Shown here: in pieces, positions 37,001-49,000 of the stretch
Layout: the number at the start of each line of letters is the position of its first letter
How positions within the stretch are numbered: the first letter of the stretch is position 1
Origin: Bugula neritina
Lineage: Eukaryota > Animalia > Bryozoa
Assembly: GCA_964035545.1 (NCBI GenBank)
Contig: OZ037771.1
Location: 2,739,628-2,803,627 of the forward strand
Reading direction: 5' to 3'
DNA: 64,000 nucleotides
Position numbers and translations under genes: made by a program
Notes under the pieces: model-generated
The model's input: only the letters and a program-made list of their open reading frames with translations
The model's database searches: none
Told to the model about the DNA's origin: nothing

Positions 37001-40000
37001 GTAAGTACATGAGTTAAAGTAAGTACATGAGTTAAAGTAAGTACATGAGTTAAAGTAAGTACATGAGTTAAAGTAAGTACATGAGTTAAAGTAAGTACAT
37101 GAGTTAAAGTAAGTACATTAGTTAAAGTAAGTACATTAGTTAAAGTAAGTACATTAGTTTAAGTAAGTACATTAGTTAAAGTAAGTACATTAGTTAAAGT
37201 AAGTGCATTAGTTAAAGTGAGGAAAGCAGTTAAATTAAGTACATTAGTTAAAGTAAGTAAAGCAGTTACAGTAAGTAAATTAGGGAAAGGCAGTCACTGT
37301 AGGTTTTTGTCATTAGTGTGTAAAATTATAAGTACATTAGTTAAAGTAAGTACATTAGTTAAAGTAAGTGCATGGGTTTAAGTAGGTAAACAAGGAAAGG
37401 CGGAGGCCGGAGGTGTCAGTCATTAGTGTGTAAAATTATATTGATTAGTTGCGTGTTTTCCTGCGACATATTCTCCCTATGCAGCTGCATGTATTTGTAA
37501 AAGGAGACAACTTCTATTTCTTTTTCGAAAACAAAGTTTAGTAAAAGTTGTTTATTCTGATGATTTCTACAGGTACAGTGTTAGTTGATCAAGTAGTGCA
37601 TTTGATTTAATTTGTTAAATATAATTGCCATTATATATTGTATATATTGTTGATAAGGAAGTAGAACGGATTGGTTAGGCTCTACTTTCCCATATGTAAC
37701 ATCTAGCCCTAAACTGTCACTTTGTGCAGTATACTGTATGTTATGTAATATACTGCAGGACCACAGAAGAAGTCTTTCAGGCTCTGGAAGATCACCAAGT
37801 TCAGTTGTCTACCATGAAAGCTTCCAGATTTGTGAAAGCGTTTGAGACGGAAGTAGATAAGTGGGAGAGAACGCTGAGTCACATTCTGGAGGTCGTGGAG
37901 ATGTTGTTGACAGTGCAGAGACAGTGGATGTACCTTGAGAATATATTCCTGGGGGAGGACATTAGGAAGCAGTTGCCAAAAGAGTCTGCCGATTTCGATC
38001 TCATCAACACTAACTGGAAGGTCATCATGACAAGATTGAACAAAGATAAGAATGCCTTGAGAGGAACTCATTTCAAAGGTAGGTTGTTGAGTAAAATACA
38101 TTTGACGTAGGCTATGCAAAGAATATTAATTTATTGTTATCCAACTGTAATTGTGCGAGAGAACTACATATAAAAGTTATGTAATTGTAAATGAGTCAGC
38201 TCATAATCGGTTTACTAAACAAACAAACTTTGTTTAGAATGCTATCGTATATTTCATGTCTCTATGCACACAGTCAGGATGGCCGAGTGGTCTAAGGCGC
38301 TGCGTTCAGGTCGCAGTCTACTCTTGTAGGCGTGGGTTCGAATCCCACTTCTGACAAATATTTTTGTTTTCGAAAAACTGTTTTCTATTGGTGCCAGTTA
38401 GATTTCATTAGTTTTTGTCTCATATATTTTTTAATTTGATCAATCGTTTCATTGCCTGAAAAAACCTCATTCTTTCCTTATTGACATTTTAGGCCTTCTT
38501 GAGCAACTGAATGACATGAATGTAAAGTTAGAAGAAATACAGAAATCCCTGGACATGTATCTGGAGACCAAGCGTCAGATATTCCCTCGATTTTATTTCC
38601 TGTCTAACGATGATCTACTTGAGATTCTTGGTCAAAGTAAGAATCCAGAAGCTGTGCAGCCTCATCTCAAGAAGTGCTTTGACAATATAGTCCGACTGAA
38701 AATGGCCAAGGTAATTCCTGCATATTATCGAGTTTTTTTCTTTGATTTTTTCAGATGGTCACATATTGTAAGAGTTGTGACTTTTTTCAAGTTATTGGTT
38801 GTCATGGAAAACTTATTTACTATCTGCCCTGTTCTACATATATGCCCTCAGGCTGTAAGTGTCTATGTCTTGCAGGTATTTTTAGTCGTTGAAACTCTTG
38901 GCTAACTCGTTTTCTCGTTCGAAAAAACCAGGTAATGAAGTACGCCAGCCGCAGCTATTTATAGTGGAAACTCTAAATTTGTTGCTTCTTTTGCAGACGT
39001 CAATTACGCAGAAGTTTGAAGCTCACGGGATGTTTTCAGCTGATGGTGAATATGTGGAGTTTTCTCACCCTACTCTCTTGGAAGGACCCGTGGAAACGTG
39101 GCTCTGTGATATTGAACGTATGATGAGATGGACACTAAAAGAAGTACTTAAAAGTTGCAGAGTTGCACTCAAGAAGAACTTGAGTAAGAGAGACAAGTGG
39201 ATCAAAGAATGGTGTGGCCAGGTGAGTTTTACTAAGTACTCCATAATGTTGGCTTTTAGATTAAAAAAAAACATTTATATATTTTTCACAGAACTTTCAA
39301 CATCGATGTGCCACTTTTTATAGAACAAATTTTTGTTTCAACCAAAAACTCTGAACATATTGAAAAAAATGTAGGAAACCCAGAAAATGGCACTACCTCA
39401 GTTAATGGGGTTCCACATTAGTTTTTAGTTCTGTGCATACTTATTATAGGTAATGTTATAAGGTTATTAAAATTTTTATTCACGTCCGATGTTTTGTATT
39501 TCCATTTTCAGCTGTGCATCACAACGTCTCAAATGCAGTGGACTGCTGATGTCACCAAAGCCTTGGCGTCTACCAAAGAGAGGGGAGACAAGAAGGCCTT
39601 GAAGAGTCTCAAGAGAAAGCAGGTAGAGAACACAACTCCTACATACCACACTTCATTATTTTTATTGAAATTGTATCTTTACTGATAAATGTTTAAACAA
39701 CAAGCATCAATATTTTACTAAACGTAGAAGTATTTCGAATTGCAAGGCTAACAAGCAGTTATATTTCTGTAAATGTCTTAAAACTCTAATAGTGTTCAGC
39801 CTGTGTACCTTGCATGCCGGTGCATGTATCAATATAGCTGAGTGTACTTGACACAGGTTGCTATGCTGAGTAAGTTCTCTGAGGCTATCAGGACAAACCT
39901 CACAAAGATTCAGCGTCTCAAGATTGTCGGCCTCGTCACTATAGAGGTTCACGCTAGAGACATCATTGAGAAGCTCATCAAGACAGGAACCAATGATGTC

Positions 40001-43000
40001 ACGGCATTCGAATGGCTGAGTCAGCTGCGAATATACTGGGACCGTGTACGTTTGATAAACTATTTTATAAATATGTTTCTTTACATGAAAGTATTTGGTT
40101 ACATTCAAGATTATTTGGCATCTATTGTAAATTTTTCTAAAATTTTACTATTTTGCATTTGTATTATTTTTTATAACAAAATTTCTCTTTAAATTTAACT
40201 ATAGTTTTACCTGTAAATTTTGTAAAACAGCAAAAAGTTGAAAGTTTTGCTGTTTTACAAAAATTACATCTGTATAAAATTATATGTGTAACATTTTGAT
40301 TGGTTACATCAACAGGAGATAGATGACTGCGTAGTGAGACAGACCAACACGCAGTTCCAGTACGGCTATGAGTATCTGGGAAACTCTGGTCGTCTGGTCA
40401 TCACACCTCTGACTGACAGATGTTACATGACTCTAACCACCGCTCTACATCTACACAGAGGGGGCTCACCTAAAGGCCCCGCAGGTTAGCTCACAACTGA
40501 ATCAAGTTCTATGGCAACTTCTCTACCGTCATAATACACTGAGTAATCTGTTAACGTAAGTTCCTCATCACTTTCTCGAATAGGTACGGGAAAGACCGAG
40601 ACAACAAAGGATCTTGGGAAGGCACTAGGAAACTACGTGATTGTCTTTAACTGCTCGGAAGGTCTGGACTACAAGTCTATGGGCCGCATGTTTTCAGGTC
40701 TCGCGCAGACAGGAGCTTGGGGCTGCTTTGACGAGTTCAACAGAATTAATATCGAGGTGCGTCGAGTTTCACCACTGAGAAAAGGCATTGCAGTTTGATT
40801 TTCAATTGATTGTAGTTTTTCTGAGATATTAACTGATAACTACCTTGCTAGGTTTAAAGACCTGCTGTACACAAAGTTCCTAGCTAACCATAGGTTTACC
40901 TAAGATGATCATCAATTCAATCTACTACAGTAAGCACCTGAGGTGTAAACTTGTATGCACATGAAATGAGTAATATTGTATTGTTTCAGGTGTTGTCTGT
41001 AGTAGCTCAACAGATTCTCAGCATCTTGTCAGCCCTGGCCGCTGGATCTACTAGATTTGTGTTTGAAGGCAGAGAGATTAATCTAATCTGGAGTTGTGGT
41101 ATCTTTATCACGATGAACCCTGGTGAGTGTTTTAATCCAATTATTATACCTGTAGCAGTTTTACCTGCAGTCTATTACCTAACACAGAAAGTGTGTGCAG
41201 ACAACACATATATCATACATGTATTACTTTTCTAAGCAAGATATTTCTGAGATCAAAAGAAAATTTAAATAATACAAAGAAATAATCACTGAATTGTGAT
41301 AAAATGACCATGTTTTGTTTTATCATGACTCATTTTTTATTTTTTTAATGTTTGGCAACCAAACTTTATGTTTGGAAAACTATTTGCCTCATGCTTTTAT
41401 GCTTTTCTTTAATAGGATATGCCGGACGTACTGAGTTACCAGACAATCTCAAGTCTATGTTCCGACCAATCTCTATGGTAGTTCCTGACTCAAATCTTAT
41501 TGCTGAGATTATTCTGTTTGGAGAGGGTTTCAACAACACTAAGGTTAGTAGAAAGCCATGTGTAGTGTTGTCAACTATATGGCTGTAATATCTCACTCTG
41601 TTTTGCTTGATTTTGGTGCTTTTCTTGTATACCCAAACAACTATACAGGATCACAAATGTTCTAAATAAAGTATGTCAAATCTTTTACAAGTCTTTAACA
41701 AAGCACATGTTTACATTAGCACCACTTTCAGAGAAATGCCTGCTTAACTTTTCCTTGTTTTAAATAATCTAAACTATTTGACATATTGTCACATTGTGAA
41801 TCTATTCTACGCAGCTATTGGCTAAGAAAGTCTTCACTCTCTACTCATTGGCTGTACAGCAGCTCTCGAAACAAGACCATTATGATTTCGGACTGAGAGC
41901 TCTGACCTCTGTGCTTAGATATGCTGGGAAGAAAAAGAGGACCAACCCTAACATGGCTGTACGTATTCTCACAGTCTAACACCAGCTTAAAGTTATATCT
42001 AATAGACATATCCACATTCGCCTACTAATACTAACTCTAGTGTCTAAAATCATGGTGAAAAGTAGCTAAAACTCAAAAGATCGAACATGTTCTTTTTCCT
42101 TGTGAATTTTCAAAAAGATAAAAAATATGCTTTTCATGTAAATTTTAAATTAGTTTTTATTTATTTATACAAATAATTAAATTTAATGTTGCTTTTTGTA
42201 GTAGTTAAGATATCCTTGTATTCATAGAGCAGCTATTGGATTTCTACATCAACTATTCAAACCTGATTTTAGGACGAGGAGTTGCTGCTCTTGTCTATGA
42301 AAGACATGAATGTAGCTAAACTGACGTCTGTAGACTTGCCACTCTTCAATGGCATAGTCTCAGATCTGTTCCCTGGCGTTGAGACCCCAGCTATAGACTA
42401 CAGCAAGTTCAAGGCCGCTATCGAGAATCAGTACAAACTGAACGGTTTGCAGCCAATACCCTGGGCTGTCACCAAAGCCATCCAGGTGAGTGAGCTTGAC
42501 CTTTGAACCTCCGGCATCACTTAGTAGAAAGTCTTTTCAATCTATTTCATCAAAAACTTGGACAAACTGCTGTTTTTCTGTTGTTGAAAAGCCATATTGA
42601 GTCTGAGTACTTTGTAAGATGACTTGTATGAAGATGTTTCTGTATTCTCTCTCTTCCAGCTGTACGAGACCAAAAACTCTAGACACTCCACAATGATAGT
42701 CGGGAAAACTCAGTCCGCTAAGTCAGCCACGTGGAGGATGCTTCAGGCAGCGTGCAGTCAAATGCACAATGATGGTACTTCATTACTTGTTGATAGAAAT
42801 CTAGACTTTTAGTAAGCAATTGACATTCTTTTATCATGTGAATTCTATTGTCTAACCGAGTGATTACTCAACCAGGAGATGCCAACTACAATGTGGTGAA
42901 GGAGTATGTCCTGAATCCCAAGTCTGTCTCGCTCGGTGAGCTGTATGGAGAGTTTGACTTGAGCACCAACGAATGGACAGACGGTATTCTCTCCAGTGTC

Positions 43001-46000
43001 ATGAGAGTAACCTGCTCAGGTGAGTCATATCTATGAGCCAACTACATGACAGACACCTGTTTTAGCCTGCCATACTGTCTATAATGGTATATCAGACACC
43101 TGTTTCATTAGTTTATTTACCAATACACACCTATCACTTGTAAACCACTTTTTATGGTTGTAACAACTGTATTGAAAATTCATCTGGTTTGGAAGAATAA
43201 TTCACAATGTGTATAATGAATTACAGATGCTGTCGTCAGCATTGAAAGTGACTCTGTCAGCATTGATTTTGGTATTTTGGTTGTTGTCAACAGACGGGCA
43301 TCACTTATAATAAATACTTATACAACCTGTTGTAGCCTGCCACACCAACACCCACATGCATCCCATGTCACTGTAGCATTGCTTGTGGGTACACAACTCT
43401 CATGTACCTAGTACTAGCTCACCTTTGTGCATACCTCAATTTGCTTCTCTATATTATTGTTTCTTATTTACAGGAGTTGATCAAATTACTCACCGTAAGC
43501 AGCCAATCATACGCTAGATATTTATTAGTCAATCATTTACTTTGAAACAAATTTCTTTGTTATTGTTGCCAGTTGGTATCAACCTAATAAAGTAACACAT
43601 TATTCGACATATTTTTGTGTGTGAAAATTATGCTGAAATAAGATCATAGTCTAGAATAGAAGAAGTTTTATAAGCATAGGAACGTCTCACTAGAGCCTCT
43701 TTCTGGTTACATAAGCTAGGAAATAGTAGTCATCAGTTACTGTAATATGCTGTTTCATAGTATAGCTGGCACAGTGACTACCTGTAATATGGTAGCTGAA
43801 TATTTTACTTGAGAGATAAGGTGATTCTCCTAGTCTAATATTGTGAGCAAATCAGTCGTACATAAAACAGGATATTACATCATAGTATAGACCATAGTAT
43901 TTCATTCCACGTTATTTATTTAATGTTAGCTTGACAGCATTACTTTTAGTGTTGATTTAATGATTGCATTGTGTTTCTGTTAAAATATTTTTGTGGCTGT
44001 GCATGTATGTTTCTATAAGAAATTTTTATTTGTTATTACATTTTTAGTGTTCACATAGTTAACATGATATCTGTTTGATAGGCTGTCCAACTTGACTATC
44101 AAGTAATTTAATTGGCCCACGTACCTGTTTTCTGTACTTTACGGAATAAATGCTCTTGTCATTAGTGGGCTTGCTAACTTCTATACCTATTTCCATATAA
44201 ACAGATGAGAAACCGGAAGAAAAGTGGATCACATTTGACGGGCCGGTAGACACTCTTTGGATTGAGAGTATGAACTCCGTGATGGACGACAACAAAGTGC
44301 TCACCCTTATCAACGGAGAGCGTATCGCCATGCCTGAACAAGTCTCGCTGCTTTTTGAGGTATTTGTCCCGCAGCATGTGACCCAGCTACCTGTCACACA
44401 TACTCAGCTACCTGTCACACATGCTCAGCTACCTGTCACACATACTCAGACACCTGTCATACATACTTAGACACCTGTCAAACATACTCAGACACCTGTC
44501 ATACATACTCAGCCACCTGTCAAGCACACTTAGCTAACTGTAATTTAGTTATATTTTAGGTAGAATAAAGTATTATTTTAATAGCTGCAAATGCCAGCAG
44601 ACTAAAAGCTTAACTTAGCCACTAACTCATCTGGAACAAGACTTGCAGTTGGTAATCACAGCCCTTAGCTGCCTGTAAAGTAAATTCGCTATTGCCTACA
44701 CACATGCACGTACACCATTTCTGGTATTAAATTAAATTATGTGTTCTATTGTATATGCAGGTGGAAGATTTAGCAGTTGCCTCCCCTGCCACGGTATCTC
44801 GATGTGGTATGGTATATAATGATGCTTTGGACCTTGGCACTCAGCCATTTATAGACTCGTGGCTGGAGAAAAAAGACAAAGGTATAGCAGACGTCACCAT
44901 ACGCTCTACTGATGTGTGTTTTTTTGTTATAAACTGCAGTTAGATGTAAATAACAATCACTTTATTTATTCTTATTCTAACTTTTAACTCTGAAGACGAA
45001 GTTGATCATAGTTTTGTTGGTTATGTTGCAGTTTTGAGTGAGATGCTGAAACAGTTATTTGAAAAGTATTTAGCCAAGATCACTGACTTTAAAAAGAAGA
45101 ACTGCAACGAGCTAGTACCAATAGCTGAGCTAAATGGAGTTATCTCCCTTACTAGACTGTTTGACGCTCTGGCCACTATTTCTAACGGAGTAGGTTCAAC
45201 TCTGGGCTTGTAGTTATGAAATTGTAGTGGGAACATTGTTGTATATTTACTCGAACATCGTGGGTAGTAATGCGTTACACGCAAGTTGTTAGCAGTGAGT
45301 GTTGTCTACCCATTGATGGTACACTGTGCAGTGTTCTCTACCTTCTCACTCAATCTATACCTTCAGGTTAACAGTTGTCTTTAGCTGATGTTGATCTTGA
45401 TGACCTTGACAATAAATATTTCAGGTTGACTCTCACGATGCTGACAACTACGGCAAGATGGTGGAGTTGTGGTTCCAGTATTGCGTCATCTGGTCAATCT
45501 GTGCTCCTGTAGATGAGGAGGGAAGGAAGAAGTTGGACAACTACATCAGGTATCAACAGAGTAGCAGTTTAATAGTATTTAGGATTTTCATAGTAGTTTA
45601 ATATGTTGAAATAATAGCTGCCTAGCAGCTCTGTTCCAGTAAGAGCTTGCTGTATGTGTTTATGTATTTATTTTATTTCATGAAATCCTAAACTAAAGCA
45701 TTTATGGTGTTGATAGAATTAGGTTGGTAATAGAAATAAATTCATATTGAAGTAATGTTTACATTTATTTACTATTAAATTGATTATCTAAATTGTTTTG
45801 CAGTATTAAAAGTATTCATAGGGGTGTAAAGTATTGCAATAGTCAAATTGATTCATTGATTAAACTGAATATTTGTTGTAGAGAGATGGAAGGCACTTTC
45901 CCTAACAAAGACAGTATATATGAATACGTGGTGGATCCAAAGAACAAGTGCTGGGTTCACTGGGAAGAGAAACTAAGGAGTGGATGGAAGTACAACCCGA

Positions 46001-49000
46001 GGTATGACACAACTTTTTACATATTGGTACCACTATCTAAAGTGAGTCCATTATTTTTTACTGTAATATATCTGTATAAACATTCCAATCTATGTTTTTT
46101 ATTTATTCTTTGCAATAGCAATTTATTTCATTATAATATTATTATTTAGCATAATTCTTGTAATGATACTATCAAAAATACAATAAAAGTTATTTCTGTG
46201 AGCTGCCTATTTATAGTTATAAGCTCTAGCACATTTCCAATGGCAGTTGTTGATATGTTTTACAGCTTACCTTTCTACCGTATCATCGTGCCAACAGTAG
46301 ACACAGTGAGATACAACTTCCTGGTATCTACTCTAGTAGACAACTTCCACCCTGTCATGTTGGTGGGTCCAGTTGGCACAGGAAAGACTTCTGTAGTGTC
46401 TGAAGTCCTCAATAAAGTTGACCCAGCCAGGTGAGTCATTCTATTGTATTTAGTGATTCATTTTGATTTGGTCATGGTAAATATTTCGAGATAGTTAAAA
46501 GTATGAGTTTTATATATGCTGAAACTCCAGTTGTGTAGTCAATATTAAGTTATTTAGTTGCCCTGGCATATGTTGCATTATAGCCCTGTGTTTAAACAAG
46601 CTTTCAGGGAAAAAAGCTATAAAAAGCTTTCAGTTAAATAGCTAATGTGATTATGTATACGCTGATCACTCACTCTTTCCCTGCTACTCAATTGCATAAC
46701 ATGCTCAATAAATACATTCATTATAATCCTATATGGTGGCAGCGGTGGGATTCAAGCCCACACCTTTGAAGAAACTGGTTATTTGGGAAATGGGACCTAA
46801 AAGTATTGAGACTAGTTATTTTTCACCAAAAGCTGTAAAAAGGCCATATTACGCAAGTTAAACTTCATAACCTTCTGGTCATGATTTATATAATTTGCCG
46901 AGCCTCTAATCTTTTTTTTCTGTTACAGATACAATGTGCTAACAGTAAACATGTCCGCCCAGACAACCTCTAACAATGTGCAAGACATCATTGAGTCTCG
47001 TGTGGAGAAAAGAACTAAGGGGGTGTATGTGCCTCTGGGAGGGAAGAAACTTCTTACCTTCATGGATGACTTCAACATGCCCGCCAAGGATACGTTTGGG
47101 TCTCAACCCCCTCTGGAACTTATTAAGGTGCTCCATCATCTCCATCTTTAACTCTTCAGTCTTACTTTAGTATTGACTCTTTCACTTATTTATGCTAGTA
47201 GGTTTTCACTCTTGACTCATTGTTAGTCAATAAAAATAGTATTTGAAAGTTGGTGAAACCTTTAGTGTTTTACTTGTCGTTTGGGTGTAAGTACAAGTGG
47301 TAAATACTTGGGTAATAATTTGTATAGCAAAGCTTTACTTTTACATCTATTAATCTAAAATCGAACAATATTCTTTAGTCTAACTGAGTAAACTGAAATT
47401 TTGTTTCCAACAGTTTGTAAGTATCAACATGGATTTCATTAATGCCATGGATTAATAATCAAGGTCTATAATCTAGTTGCTTTTAAGAATTTTCTGGTTT
47501 TATTTGCCATTAGCTGTGGCTGGACTACGGCTTCTGGTATGACAGGCAGAAACAGACAGCTAAGAGTATCAAAGACATGTTTGTAGTTGTGGCCATGGGG
47601 CCTCCAGGTGGTGGAAGACAGGCTATCTCTAGACGTCTGCAGAGCAAATTTAATCTCATCAACATGACTTTCCCCTCTGTGAGTTTAGATGCTAGTATAT
47701 GCTTTTAGCAGCTAGTTGTACTAACTACATGCTTATATTAAGCAATTTTAACCACAAATTCTTTATTTGCTAATGATTCTATAAGCATGATATGCTTTTA
47801 GTAGTTGGCAACTCTAATTACATATACTTACAGTAGCTGGTTATTCTATAGCATGTGCTTACACTAGCAGTAATGATGTGCAAAAACCATGGCTTATCTG
47901 GTTATGCATTGTTTGCCCATACACATATCTGTTCATGTAAAACTTTTACATATATATTTTCTAAAGGACTCAACAATAAAGAGAATCTTTGGTACGATGA
48001 TCAACCAGAAGTTGCAGGACTTTGAGGAAGATGTGAAGCCCATCGGAGACCTGATGACTCAGGGAACTCTGGAGGTCTACCAGTCAGTGGTGACTAGATT
48101 CCTGCCCACACCTGCTAAGATACACTACCTGTTCAACTTGAGAGACATCTCTAAGGTATTCTCTCTCTTTCTGTGTGTGAAATATCAAACCCTCACTCGC
48201 TCCATCATGTTTCTATGTATTATTATATAATGTGTAGTTTGTTAGGTGGCTGTTTATTATATGAACTATTATTTTGCACGCTATTTAGTATATCAGCCCT
48301 CAGGTGTGCAGCTGTTTATCAGTTGTGTTTATCTTTTGTAGTATTTTACTGTTGAATAATGATTTACTAAAACAATATAAAGCAATAAAATTATTTTTAG
48401 CAAATATTTTCACCATTTTTTAAACTCGCCACTAACTAGATGCACATAGACTGGTTGCTATTTTCTTGTTTGGTTTATTACTGATGAGCAAAAGTTCTGG
48501 TGTAAAATTCTCTGTAAATTAAAATAGTTGTTAATTTGTAACATTTTGCTTTGCCAGATATTCCAAGGGCTGCTCAGAGCTCACCGAAATGAGCATGACA
48601 CGAAACTCGCCATGACGAGGCTGTGGCTGCACGAGTGCTTCAGAGTTTTCTCCGATCGTCTGATAGACACAAAGGACATGGAAGCCTTTGTCAACATCAT
48701 CAGCGACAAGCTGGGGTCTCTCTTTGACCAGACCTTCCACAACATCTGTCCAAGTAAACAGACGCCAGTCTTTGGTGACTACATCAGCCCAGACTTGGTA
48801 AGTCTCACTGGGTCATTCACTCATAACCTACCAACATTGTGTGATGGTTGATGGAGAACACTGCCAAGTTTGAGTGCCAACTACTTTATTGTGTGTAAAC
48901 AATAAATTTTCACAATAGGTTCTTCTTTTATACATAGCATGTATTTTCAAGATTTATGAAGACATTCAAAACCATGAAAAGTTAAAGAAGACTATGATGG

